From: an uncultured Chloroflexia bacterium
GTDB taxonomy: Bacteria > Chloroflexota > Anaerolineae > Anaerolineales > UBA4823
Reading direction: 5' to 3'
NCBI GenBank assembly: GCA_963788145.1
Contig: CAWBFQ010000014.1
Coordinates: 86,954-150,953, forward strand
Length of the DNA: 64,000 nucleotides
The notes beneath the pieces are model-generated. The model was given only the letters and a program-made list of their open reading frames with translations. It had not been told where the DNA came from and did not search any database. A program made the position numbers and the translations under genes. Shown in pieces: positions 38,326-48,375 of this stretch (position 1 is its first letter; each line of letters opens with the position of its first letter).

Positions 38326-39621
38326 ATGCAAATCGCAATGATCGCTCCCAGCGAGATCCCGGCGCGGCGGGCCAACACGCTCCAGGTGATGAAGATGGCC
38401 CAGGCTTTGACCATTCTTGGCCATCAAGTACGCCTGGTCGCTCCCACAAGCCAACGCCCGCGCCGGAGCCTGGCAGAGGCAGCCTCCAGCGCGCCAGAAA
38501 GCAATCTTACCTGGGAAAGCTTGGCCCATCATTACGGGTTGCAACACCCATTCGAGGTCGCCTGGCAGTATTCCAACCCCAGCTTGAAGCGCTACGATTA
38601 CAGTTTATCGGCGGTGCATTGGGCGCAGCAAGCGAGCGAAGGACATCCGCTGGGCGCTGACCTGATCTATACCCGGTTACCCCAGGCGGCGGCCCTCTCC
38701 AGTTGGAAAGGGATTCCAACTATTTTTGAGATCCATGACTTACCCCAGGGGACGGTTGGTCCCTGGCTCTTTCGTCAGTTTTTAAAGGGCAAAGGCGCCT
38801 GTCGCCTGATAGTGATCACCCAGGCGCTGGCAAATGATCTGGAAAGGCTTTGGCCCTCCGCTCGCTCCTCGTTTGGGAACCTCAGCAAAACGGATACTGA
38901 CCCTTCGTCCCTCCAAGCAGGTCTGAAACAACAGATGATCATCGCACCAGATGGTGTAGACTTAGGGCGATATGCACACCTACCCGAACCCGAGCAAGCC
39001 CGCCGCATGATTGGCGAAACGAGTATCGCTGGCGAAACGAGTATCGCTGCACACCCGGCGGTTGATCGCTTCACAGCCGGCTACACCGGTCATCTCTACC
39101 CGGGTCGAGGCGGATCGCTGCTGCTCATACTGGCAGAGCGGATGCCGGAGATTTCCTTTCTCATTGTGGGTGGAGAACCAGCCGAAGCCGACTCCTTCAA
39201 GAGGGAGGCTGAGGCGCGTGGGTTGAAGAATCTTATCCTGACCGGATTTGTGCCCAACGCTGACTTACCGCTTTATCAATCAGCCTGTGATGTATTACTA
39301 ATGCCCTATCAGCAAAAGGTGGCGGCATCATCTGGCGGCGATATTGCCCGCTACCTCAGCCCGATGAAACTCTTTGAATACCTGGCCTGCCAAAGGGCAA
39401 TTATATCCAGCGATCTACCTGTATTGCGAGAGATATTAACTTCCGAGAATGCGATCCTGGTATCGCCAGATCAGCCAGAAGCCTGGGAGCAAGCGATCAA
39501 CACCCTCAAAACACACCCAGAATTGCGCGCCAGGCTTGCAAACCAGGCCCGGGCGGATGCTCATCAGTATACTTGGGAGGGACGCGCCCAACGAATCATC
39601 GAAGGATTGGATTTCAAATGA
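38326..39621 (+). CDS. family 4 glycosyltransferase
   Basis: MQIAMIAPSEIPARRANTLQV N-terminus and the C-terminal EX7E-type region SPMKLFEYLACQRAII. It contains the in-frame GETSIA duplication. Confidence 0.75.
   Translation: MQIAMIAPSEIPARRANTLQVMKMAQALTILGHQVRLVAPTSQRPRRSLAEAASSAPESNLTWESLAHHYGLQHPFEVAWQYSNPSLKRYDYSLSAVHWAQQASEGHPLGADLIYTRLPQAAALSSWKGIPTIFEIHDLPQGTVGPWLFRQFLKGKGACRLIVITQALANDLERLWPSARSSFGNLSKTDTDPSSLQAGLKQQMIIAPDGVDLGRYAHLPEPEQARRMIGETSIAGETSIAAHPAVDRFTAGYTGHLYPGRGGSLLLILAERMPEISFLIVGGEPAEADSFKREAEARGLKNLILTGFVPNADLPLYQSACDVLLMPYQQKVAASSGGDIARYLSPMKLFEYLACQRAIISSDLPVLREILTSENAILVSPDQPEAWEQAINTLKTHPELRARLANQARADAHQYTWEGRAQRIIEGLDFK
39013..39048 (+). repeat. perfect 18-bp tandem duplication (2 copies) inside the GT4 gene
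   Basis: GGCGAAACGAGTATCGCT x2, in frame, encoding GETSIA-GETSIA. Confidence 0.95.
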
Positions 39622-41486
39622 AATTGAAAAACATCTCTCAGCCTCTCGTCTGGATCGGGATTGTATTGGTATCCCTGATTATTTTATCGATCATCCTGAC
39701 CTTATTTACGAACGGATTTTTCTTCATTCGTGGATGGACAGCCTTCCTGTGGGTTTCCATCTTGAGCAGCGTATGTTTGCTTGCCGTGTGGCGGCTGATG
39801 GTTCATGCCGAAAGTGCGGATATCAACCATCCGGCGAACACAAAACATCCGGAGCCGAATCTTCCTCAGCAGAGCAGGAGCAACTCCAGGAATCTACCGG
39901 TTTGGCTGATCTATCTGGTCATTGCAGCAGCGCTGCTGCGCCTGGCGGTCGGCGTTTTCTGGACAATTTCGCTGCCGGTTTGGGGTCACGGAACGCCTGC
40001 CGAAGTCTCCGGTTATGTGATGGGAGACGCCGCTGGGCGCGATCAGGCTGCCTGGAGGCTTGCCCACTCACGCCAACCACTGCTCAACGCTTTCAAGGAT
40101 AACCGTAAGGTAGATCAGTATGGCGGTCTGCTTTTTGTAAGCGCCTGGATCTACCGCTATCTGGGGAGTGATACTCACCAACCTTTGCTGATCGTCCTGT
40201 TTGGATCGGCCTGCTCTGCGCTGGCAGTATTATTCACCTACGCCTTCACCCGCCGAATCTGGGGTGAAAGCGCCGCCGCCATCGCCGCCTGGGCGATGTT
40301 CCTCTATCCTGAGGCAGTTTTGCTGGGAAGTTCGCAAATGCGGGAAGCATTCACCATCCCGCTGGCAATTGCTGCATTTTATGGTTTAGCGCGTTTCAGG
40401 GAGGATCAATCAAACGGATCTTCTTTATCCGTGACCAGCCTGGCTTGGATTTTGATCCCATTTCTGATCACCTTGTTTTTCTCCAGTTTATCCGCGGTCA
40501 TGCTGTTAGGCGTTCTGGGGCTGTTCGGGTTAGTGATCATCCGCTTTGATGGATCTACCCGGGCGCAGCCCTCCGATATGCCGGATCGTGGTCACCCAAG
40601 TAAAAAAGCGGCGTTACAGAACCTTGCAGTTCGACGGCGACGCTGGGTCTGGCTGATCGTGGTAATGCTGGCGCTGGTTGCATTAGCGGGTCTATGGCTG
40701 GCTTTGCGTGAAGTGACTCCGGCGCGCATCACCAATCCGATTGCTATGTTGAGCTGGTGGCTGCGAAAATCAGCCAGCTTCCAGGCCTACCTGAGCGAGC
40801 ACTCATCCGGCTGGATGCAGAAGATATTCGATCATACACCTGAATGGACACACCTGCCCATGTTGCTGGCCTATGGCGTAGTCCAACCCTTTTTTCCCGC
40901 CGCGCTGGTCGCCGGGAGTGAAGCCCCCATCTGGCGCTGGGTCGCTGTTTGGCGTTCAATTGGCTGGACGATTCTGCTGGCATTCCTGGCGTTCGCCCCG
41001 TTCCATGCGTTCGGATCCAAAACATCCGTGCGCAAGAATGACAAACGGATATTATCCAGCCGCAATCAGATCGGATCGAAATTCGATTCGGTCTCCGATC
41101 ATCACCTGATGCGCATCATGACAGTGGTCATTTGGCTGGTCATCCTGGTAGCAGCATTTCGTGGCGGCAGCGATATGTGGGACAATCCACGCTATCGAGC
41201 CATTTTTGCAGGTATCCAGATCGCATTGGCTGCCAAGATCTTTGTAGTAGAAGATCGCACCCGCGACCCGTGGCTGCGGCGAGCTTTGCTGATGGTATTG
41301 GCCATCCTGGGCTGGTTTATCCCCTGGTATTTGCGCCGCTATTACGCTATTCCCTGGCCCATATCCGACCCATTCCGGGTGATTTGGTTGGGAATTTGCT
41401 CCGGGGTCTTACTGGCGCTGGCAGATTGGGCGCGCCTGTCAGCTCGCATGCCTGCTCCTGAATCTATTCAAGGAGATACCGATTAA
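39618..41486 (+). CDS. large polytopic membrane protein, GT-C (PMT/ArnT-like) glycosyltransferase candidate
   Basis: 622 aa with 12 or more TM helices. ATGA overlap with the upstream GT4 gene. The family call rests on architecture and context only. Confidence 0.45.
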   Translation: MKLKNISQPLVWIGIVLVSLIILSIILTLFTNGFFFIRGWTAFLWVSILSSVCLLAVWRLMVHAESADINHPANTKHPEPNLPQQSRSNSRNLPVWLIYLVIAAALLRLAVGVFWTISLPVWGHGTPAEVSGYVMGDAAGRDQAAWRLAHSRQPLLNAFKDNRKVDQYGGLLFVSAWIYRYLGSDTHQPLLIVLFGSACSALAVLFTYAFTRRIWGESAAAIAAWAMFLYPEAVLLGSSQMREAFTIPLAIAAFYGLARFREDQSNGSSLSVTSLAWILIPFLITLFFSSLSAVMLLGVLGLFGLVIIRFDGSTRAQPSDMPDRGHPSKKAALQNLAVRRRRWVWLIVVMLALVALAGLWLALREVTPARITNPIAMLSWWLRKSASFQAYLSEHSSGWMQKIFDHTPEWTHLPMLLAYGVVQPFFPAALVAGSEAPIWRWVAVWRSIGWTILLAFLAFAPFHAFGSKTSVRKNDKRILSSRNQIGSKFDSVSDHHLMRIMTVVIWLVILVAAFRGGSDMWDNPRYRAIFAGIQIALAAKIFVVEDRTRDPWLRRALLMVLAILGWFIPWYLRRYYAIPWPISDPFRVIWLGICSGVLLALADWARLSARMPAPESIQGDTD

Positions 41487-41661
41487 CAGCATCATGGATT
41501 TCGCTCACAGAACGAAATGGCAGTTTTTTAAGAAGAGCTGTAAGAGGCTCTATGGAACCAGATCGGCGATACGATTTTCGCAAGTATAATTGGCGGATAA
41601 AGGACATCCGGCGAACCGATTCTTTCCCTTAACCCATTCGGTCAGAACACAAGAAAATGAA

Positions 41662-42666
41662 ATGCCAAACAAGAAACCCTTGATACTCTCAATCATCATC
41701 CCGGTCTTTAATGAGACCGAAAACCTGCCGCTATTGCATGAGCAAATCCATCGATCAATCGAGACCATTCCCGATCTGATCAGCGAACCAACTTGCTGGG
41801 AAGTTATTTATGTGGATGATGGAAGTACCGATGAAAGCCCCCAGGTGCTGGAAGGATTGGCATCCCAGGACCCACAGCACACTCGCGTGGTCCTACTACG
41901 CCGGAACTTTGGTCAAACAGCAGCGATTGCGGCAGGGATCGACCACTCCCAGGGTGAAACAATCATATTAATGGATGCCGACCTCCAAAACGATCCGGCA
42001 GACATCCCCCGCATGTTGGATTTGATCCATCAGGGATATGATGTGGTCAGCGGATGGCGCGAGAATCGCCAGGACACCTTCGTCACTCGCGTGCTGCCAT
42101 CCCGTATTGCAAACTGGCTGATCTCGACTGTTACCGGGGTTCACCTGCACGATTACGGATGCACCCTGAAAGCATATCGGCAAGAAGTGCTCACGGGGTT
42201 TCGCTTATATGGTGAAATGCATCGCTTCATTCCGGCTTACGCCAATTCCGTTGGCGCAAAGATGATCGAATTGCAGGTCCACCATCACCCGCGCCGTTTT
42301 GGCAAGGCCAAGTACGGGCTTTCACGGACGATGAAAGTCGTTCTGGATCTTTTCACTGTGAAATTCCTGATCAGCTATGCCAATAAACCGATCTACCTCT
42401 TTGGCGGAGCTGGAATTATCTTAATCATCATCAGCCTGGCAACTTTGCTTTTTCTGCTTATCCGGCGGGTATTCTTACAAATTTCCGTAACTGGTTCCCC
42501 TTTTTTTTCAACCAGCATGATGGTGTTCATCCTCGGTTTTCAATCCATATTAATGGGTTTAATCGCCGAATTACTGGTTCGCACGTATCACGAATCCCAA
42601 AAGAAACCCACCTATACCATCCGAAAATGGATAGGGCCTGGGCGAGATCAGCCTGATGGCGGATAG
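41662..42666 (+). CDS. polyprenyl-phosphate glycosyltransferase (GT2, GtrB/ArnC/DPM1-like)
   Basis: LSIIIPVFNETENL, VDDGSTDES and MDADLQNDP (DxD) motifs, plus two C-terminal TM helices typical of GtrB/ArnC. Confidence 0.8.
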   Translation: MPNKKPLILSIIIPVFNETENLPLLHEQIHRSIETIPDLISEPTCWEVIYVDDGSTDESPQVLEGLASQDPQHTRVVLLRRNFGQTAAIAAGIDHSQGETIILMDADLQNDPADIPRMLDLIHQGYDVVSGWRENRQDTFVTRVLPSRIANWLISTVTGVHLHDYGCTLKAYRQEVLTGFRLYGEMHRFIPAYANSVGAKMIELQVHHHPRRFGKAKYGLSRTMKVVLDLFTVKFLISYANKPIYLFGGAGIILIIISLATLLFLLIRRVFLQISVTGSPFFSTSMMVFILGFQSILMGLIAELLVRTYHESQKKPTYTIRKWIGPGRDQPDGG

Positions 42667-43678
42667 AAGGCATCCGGCGGATAAAGAACCGATGGATGAC
42701 CAAACCAAAGCCGCAAATCCGAAGCGGCGCAATAGATCATCGCAGGGGGCTTTGCGCATCATCGGGACACTGGCCGCTCTGGGGTTGTTGATCTATTTGC
42801 TCAGCCGCCAAGGGTGGACCGAAATCTGGTCGGCTATCCAGAGCATTCCTCCCTGGCGGGTGGTTCTGGCTTTGATCCTGATGCTGATCTCCCGTATTGC
42901 AATCACCCTGCGCTGGTACATTCTGCTCCACACTGCCCGTTTGAAGGTATCTTTCTTTGAAAGCCTGAGAATCACGTTTGCCGGGCTTTTCGCTTCTAAC
43001 TTCCTGCCCACCACGATCGGCGGGGATGTCGTTCGGCTGGCAGGCGCCATTCAAGCCAGATGCGACGCCGCCGCCAGCGCCGCTTCGCTGATCGCAGATC
43101 GGCTGGTGGGCATGGCTGGGATGGCGATGGTCTTGCCTTTTGCAGTTCCAGCTCTGCTTGCTCTGCCGAATGCTCAAAGCACGCCATCTACATTGAGGCC
43201 GCTGGCACAATGGGCTTCCTTTGCTGCTCCTATTGGGAAATGGATCCAAACCCTGCGCCATAAAATTTCCAGCGCGGTTGCGAGGCTCTTTCAGTCAATG
43301 GCAATTTGGATCACACATCCCATCTCCCTGCTCTATTCATTGGGATATACCTGGATTCACATGGTATGCGTGTTCTTGATTTTGCAGTTGCTGTTAGGCG
43401 GAATCGGTGAATCTATGTCCTTTTGGATGATTGCAGGTCTTTACAGCCTGGTTTATTTTGTCACTCTGATTCCTATCTCCGTCAATGGGTATGGCTTGCA
43501 AGAGATCTCGATGACTTTGATCTTCTCCAATCTTGGAAAGGCATCCATGAGCAACGGGCTGACCCTGGCGCTCATATTTCGCACATTGATGATGGTCGCC
43601 AGCCTGCCCGGCGCGCTTTTCCTGCCAGGGTTTCTTTCTGGCCCAAAACCGGCTGAGGACAATCCAGATGGCAATTAA
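42656..43678 (+). CDS. flippase-like membrane protein (lysyl-PG synthase TM-region / UPF0104 family)
   Basis: About 8 TM helices and the motif FLPTTIGGDVVRL. The alternative start is ATG 42692. Confidence 0.55.
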   Translation: MADRRHPADKEPMDDQTKAANPKRRNRSSQGALRIIGTLAALGLLIYLLSRQGWTEIWSAIQSIPPWRVVLALILMLISRIAITLRWYILLHTARLKVSFFESLRITFAGLFASNFLPTTIGGDVVRLAGAIQARCDAAASAASLIADRLVGMAGMAMVLPFAVPALLALPNAQSTPSTLRPLAQWASFAAPIGKWIQTLRHKISSAVARLFQSMAIWITHPISLLYSLGYTWIHMVCVFLILQLLLGGIGESMSFWMIAGLYSLVYFVTLIPISVNGYGLQEISMTLIFSNLGKASMSNGLTLALIFRTLMMVASLPGALFLPGFLSGPKPAEDNPDGN

Positions 43679-45620
43679 GCATCTAAGCCGCCTGGGGCGA
43701 CTGAACCTGATATTCTTCCTGGTCACAATTGCGGCATTTCCCTGCCTGGCATTAATATTTCATCTGATCCTATTTCAGGCAATTTGGGTCCGCTTGTCAT
43801 CTTTCTGGGCTGCGGTTGCGGTCGCCAGCCTGTTCCTGATGGCTGCTGATGCGGACAAACCCCAAAACCGTCAAAAAGGCTGGGGAACCTCTTTGGCGGT
43901 ATCGTCGTTGTCTTCTGCCTGTTTGTACCTGGTGTTGTCATACCTCCCGGAAATAACAAATTACCCCTTTACATTAACCTGGTCGGAAGCAAGCCGCTAT
44001 TACTACGCTTCGCTCTACTTCTCCGAACGTATCTACGGGGTGCACGCTACGCCGACCGTGCTCCATCCCAGCCGTTACCTGCTCCAGGCGATCCCCTTTC
44101 TGATCCCCAGCTCGTCGATACTTCTGCACCGAGCCTGGCAGGTGTTGCTCTGGATTTTGCTGCCAACTATAGTTGGCTATGTACTCGCCCGGCGCTTGCA
44201 AATTACCTCCAGTTTGCAGAGCTGGCTTTTGATAGGATTCGTGGTTTTATTCTTGATGGTTGGTCCGGTATATTATCACCTGCTGGTCCCAGTAGTCCTT
44301 GTGCTGGCAGGCTTTCAAACTGCGCAAGCCCCTGGTACTTGGCTATTCTCAAAAAACCGTCTCGGAACCCGCCGGTTTTTCATTTCAGTGTTGGTCGTGC
44401 TGGCAGCTTCTGCCTGGGCAGGCATCAGCCGGGTGAACTGGTATCCCGTCCCAGGGTGTCTGGCGGCAGTTCTGATCCTGTTGGAAGAACCCATCTATTC
44501 ATCGGTTAAGCCTGCTAACCAGTCTTACAAGTCGATATGGATTTATCTTCTCAGGCTGGCCGGATGGGTGATCTTCGGTACGGGGATCGCCTTTGTTTCC
44601 CAAATGGGTTATATCCTCTGGTCGGGTAATTCAGCCGAGCGCTTCACCACCAGCTTTACTTCCGACCTGCTCTGGCACCGCCTGCTGCCAAACAATACCT
44701 ACCCGCCAGGACTTGTGCTGGCAATCGCCATCGTTTCGCTTCCATTGATTATCATGGTTTTCAGCCGCCTATTTGTTTCTCAACCCGGTCAACCCACCTG
44801 GCGAGAGTACCATTTTTTGCGTTTGCTTGGGTTGGCTGGAATTCTTTTGGTTTTCTTCACCGGCGGAATGGTCGTCAGCGTCAAGATTGGGGGAGGCAGC
44901 AATCTGCACAATCTGGATGCTTTCATGACCTTTTTGCTGCTGATCTCAGCTTATTTCTATTACGGACGGGTAGCCGCCGATGCTGCTCATCCCGCTGCCA
45001 ACACACTGGCTGAAGCCGCCCATCCGGTGGACCCCGAAACAAGTTTCGACGAACATCCGGTTTCAAAAAGCGGGCAGGGTCTGCTGTTGCGTCAATTGCT
45101 CGGGTGTTTTTTATCCGCGAATATCGGCCTGGGCTTGGCATTATTTGTATCTGCATCTTCCACTATCATCACCCGCACACCTGTCTTCTCGTTTCCAGAC
45201 CCGCAAGAGACTGCTGAAAACCTGAACGAACTCGCTACGCCGATACATAAGGCTCTCCAGAACGGGGGAGAGGTGCTCTTCATAGGCAACCGCCAATTGC
45301 TGACCTTCCGCTATTTTGATTTACCCCTGGTAGCGGACTATGAACGTGTCTTCTTGATGGAAGCGGCAATGGCAAATGATGAAATCTATTTGGATCGATT
45401 TCATCAGGAGCTGGCTGAAAAGAAGTTCGCCTTAATCATCAGCGAGCCGCTATCGACTTCACTGAAGAAACCAAAAGACGATTTTGGCGCAGAAAATAAC
45501 GCCTGGGTGAATAACGTCTCGCGATATATCTTGTGTTATTACACACCGATCAAAACCTTGCGTACCATCCAGATGCAAATCCTCACTCCGGCCTCACAGC
45601 CGAAGAAGGGTTGCCCCTAA
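43668..45620 (+). CDS. large polytopic membrane protein with soluble C-terminal domain, function unknown (GT-C candidate)
   Basis: 650 aa with about 13 TM helices and the motif SEASRYYYASLYF. GAGGA lies upstream of the ATG. Confidence 0.4.
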   Translation: MAIKHLSRLGRLNLIFFLVTIAAFPCLALIFHLILFQAIWVRLSSFWAAVAVASLFLMAADADKPQNRQKGWGTSLAVSSLSSACLYLVLSYLPEITNYPFTLTWSEASRYYYASLYFSERIYGVHATPTVLHPSRYLLQAIPFLIPSSSILLHRAWQVLLWILLPTIVGYVLARRLQITSSLQSWLLIGFVVLFLMVGPVYYHLLVPVVLVLAGFQTAQAPGTWLFSKNRLGTRRFFISVLVVLAASAWAGISRVNWYPVPGCLAAVLILLEEPIYSSVKPANQSYKSIWIYLLRLAGWVIFGTGIAFVSQMGYILWSGNSAERFTTSFTSDLLWHRLLPNNTYPPGLVLAIAIVSLPLIIMVFSRLFVSQPGQPTWREYHFLRLLGLAGILLVFFTGGMVVSVKIGGGSNLHNLDAFMTFLLLISAYFYYGRVAADAAHPAANTLAEAAHPVDPETSFDEHPVSKSGQGLLLRQLLGCFLSANIGLGLALFVSASSTIITRTPVFSFPDPQETAENLNELATPIHKALQNGGEVLFIGNRQLLTFRYFDLPLVADYERVFLMEAAMANDEIYLDRFHQELAEKKFALIISEPLSTSLKKPKDDFGAENNAWVNNVSRYILCYYTPIKTLRTIQMQILTPASQPKKGCP

Positions 45621-45641
45621 TAAGAATGGGACCTTTTCAGC

Positions 45642-47726
45642 ATGTATTGGAGTAGAACCGGCAGCCTCGGCGATCTTTTTCTCTGGCTTGTGATCAGCTT
45701 GCTCAGTTGGGCAGGCGGATGGTTGGTCTGCGCCAGCCTGTTTCGCCTCCGCTCGCGCGAGCAGCTTTTTAGCGGGTTGGCCACGGGCTTGATGATGTTG
45801 ACCCTTTTTGGAAATATATTCGCCCAAATCATGCCCATCACAGCAACTTACTGGGTCTCGGCCGGGTCGATCCTGATTGGTGGGCTGACAATCGCTTTGT
45901 TCGGTCAGCGATTGAATAGTGCAAAGCCTGCCTTCCGATTCGATTTTAAGCAAGTTTTTGACTGGAAAACGATTGCCGTATTCGGTAGTTTATTCCTATT
46001 GTTCCTGGCCATTAATCGCGGTTTGGGGTTATTTGACGATTATTCCAACTTGGCGCTGGTTTCGACAATCGCTGCGGGAGATGTCCCACCCCATTTTTAC
46101 CTTAATCCTGAGCAGATCACATACTACCATTATGGGCTGCATATCTTAGCCGCAGGTTTGGTGCGGGTGGGTGGTTTTTTCCCCTGGAGCGCTTTCGATA
46201 TTTACAAAGCCTTGAGCATCGCCTTGACGATCACCCTGGGGGGGCTCTGGCTCCGGCGTTGGATAAGCTGGCAGGCGGCTCTGCTCTGGGCTGGCGGTTT
46301 GATCCTTTTTGCGGGTGGAACCCGCTGGCTGCTGCTGTTCATTCCTGAAACCGTGCTGAGTAACATGAGCGCGGATATCCATATGATCGGTTCGGGCATC
46401 CAGAATGCCCCAGATCTTTATACAGCTTTGCTCGGCCCCTGGCATGCCCAGGGCGAAGGCCCAATCCCATTCCCATTTGCATTTGTGAATGGGATCAATA
46501 CACCGCTTTCGATGGCTTTAGGCGGCGGAGCGGCGATGTATCATGCGGGGCTGTTCCTGCTTTTGCTGCTGGCTCGCAGAAAGTGGAAGCCCCTCCAAGG
46601 TCTGGTCTTTGGGCTGCTGATAGCCGTCCAGGCCCTGTACTCAGAAACCATGTTCGCTCTGATCTTTGGCGGGATTACTGCGATGGCCTTGATTGCCCTG
46701 GTCAGATCCATACTCCTGAGGGCTAAAGGCTCTTTGGATGGAAGTCCTGTATCCGCATCCATTCTTAGCTGGGGTTGGTGCCTCGCGCCCTCTCTACTGC
46801 TGGTGCCGGTGATGGGGGGCAACCTGTCTGCGCCGCTCCAACAGATGATTGCCAGGGTGCTCGGCGATGCCAGCCAGGGACTGGTGACCGTGCCTACAAT
46901 CGGCCTGCGCTGGCCTCCGGCGGTTCTTTCGGCTCACCTGGGCGAGCTATCCCTGACCAACCCGGCCCATCTGGTTGTCGCACTGGCCGAGATCGGGCCG
47001 ATGCTGTTTCTGGCCCCCATTGCGATCTGGGCTACGCGCGGTTATTTCCGCTCGGGAAAATTGCTGCTGGCAGGGTTGAGCTTAATGGCAGGGATCAGTT
47101 TTATTGCACCCTTATTGATCCAGTTCGTCGGGCGCGACCGAGATATCACCCGTTTAATGGGTTCTGCACTCTGGATTTGGCTGATCCTGGCAGTACCCTA
47201 TTTATGGCTGACCCTGACACAAGGTAGAAACAGGACATCCAGTGGGATGGCAAAGAAAGCAGCTGTTTGCGCCTTCTATTCTGTCACTGTGTTCTCAGGG
47301 GTTGCCTTGTTCTCTGTACAGCTAACTGCTATGCCACAAACACAGCCATCCTATTTTATCCAGGATGTCGACGCCTGGATGAGCAGAGAATATTGGAACC
47401 AACTGGAACCAGGCGACTGGATGTTAGATCCGGTTCACCCTTATCGCCCGGCAACCGTATTTGGCCGAACGGCTGGTCCAGCTTATCAAGATTTCCATAT
47501 CCCCTACCCGGAGTTCGTAGCGCTAACCAGGAACCTGAATGCGATCGAGATTTCCAAAGCTGGATATTCTTACCTGTACCTGGATCGAAGAACCTGGCAA
47601 AACCTCACCCCCGAACAAAAACAATCCATCCAAAACTCCTGCGCACATCTAACATCAGAGAAGAAAAACGAGTTCGGCGATTTCCGCCGCCTTTACGATA
47701 TTTCGCGTTGTAAAAATCATCCTTGA
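45642..47726 (+). CDS. large polytopic membrane protein, DUF2298 / Chlor_Arch_YYY-like candidate
   Basis: 694 aa with 14 or more TM helices. FDDYSNLALVSTIAAGDVPPHFYLNPEQITYYHYGLH resembles the YYYxG motif of that family, as I recall it. Confidence 0.4.
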   Translation: MYWSRTGSLGDLFLWLVISLLSWAGGWLVCASLFRLRSREQLFSGLATGLMMLTLFGNIFAQIMPITATYWVSAGSILIGGLTIALFGQRLNSAKPAFRFDFKQVFDWKTIAVFGSLFLLFLAINRGLGLFDDYSNLALVSTIAAGDVPPHFYLNPEQITYYHYGLHILAAGLVRVGGFFPWSAFDIYKALSIALTITLGGLWLRRWISWQAALLWAGGLILFAGGTRWLLLFIPETVLSNMSADIHMIGSGIQNAPDLYTALLGPWHAQGEGPIPFPFAFVNGINTPLSMALGGGAAMYHAGLFLLLLLARRKWKPLQGLVFGLLIAVQALYSETMFALIFGGITAMALIALVRSILLRAKGSLDGSPVSASILSWGWCLAPSLLLVPVMGGNLSAPLQQMIARVLGDASQGLVTVPTIGLRWPPAVLSAHLGELSLTNPAHLVVALAEIGPMLFLAPIAIWATRGYFRSGKLLLAGLSLMAGISFIAPLLIQFVGRDRDITRLMGSALWIWLILAVPYLWLTLTQGRNRTSSGMAKKAAVCAFYSVTVFSGVALFSVQLTAMPQTQPSYFIQDVDAWMSREYWNQLEPGDWMLDPVHPYRPATVFGRTAGPAYQDFHIPYPEFVALTRNLNAIEISKAGYSYLYLDRRTWQNLTPEQKQSIQNSCAHLTSEKKNEFGDFRRLYDISRCKNHP

Positions 47727-47772
47727 TCTTCTAAAAAGCGAGTTATAATTCAACGGCTGAATTTTAGAAATT

Positions 47773-48267
47773 ATGATTACTAAACCGCTCTCTGACCGCG
47801 AGTTGATTCTGCTCGAGGAAATTGAACAAGACCCAGATATTACCCAGGCTTCACTGGCAGCCCAATTGGGCGTCGCAGTGGGTACCGTCAATTGGCATAT
47901 CAAACGCTTGATCTCCAAAGGATATGTCAAAGTGAAGCGCGCCCAGCGTCGAAAATTGCGGTATATTATCACCCCGGAAGGATTAGCGTTTCGAGCAGCC
48001 CTGGCTGTCAATTATCTTGAAACGTCGATGCGGATGTATCGCACCACTCGCCAGCGTGTGCGTGATCTGTTGATCCAAATCCATCAAGCCGGGTATAACC
48101 AGGTAATCATCGATGGAGATGGGGATATCGGCGATATCTGCCGGTTAACCTGCTTGGAACAAGGCATTCGGGTTGTGGATTCTAGCCAACAAAGGCAGAA
48201 CAAACCATTACCCACGCTGGAAGTGCGCGGCACAAAAATTCTCCTGCAATGGACTCGGGTTGAATAA
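47773..48267 (+). CDS. winged-helix transcriptional regulator with short Rossmann-like C-terminal domain
   Basis: N-terminal ITQASLAAQLGVAVGTVNWHIKRLISKGYV (HTH) and C-terminal VIIDGDGDIGD. It lies just upstream of wzm/wzt. Confidence 0.6.
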   Translation: MITKPLSDRELILLEEIEQDPDITQASLAAQLGVAVGTVNWHIKRLISKGYVKVKRAQRRKLRYIITPEGLAFRAALAVNYLETSMRMYRTTRQRVRDLLIQIHQAGYNQVIIDGDGDIGDICRLTCLEQGIRVVDSSQQRQNKPLPTLEVRGTKILLQWTRVE

Positions 48268-48375
48268 TAACAACTGCAAGCGAACAAAGTTTAGGACCGG
48301 CTGCCGAGCGCAGCACGAGATAATTGCGAAGCTTATTTCAGCAATACAAGTTTCGCAGGAGGAAAAATAGATAGA

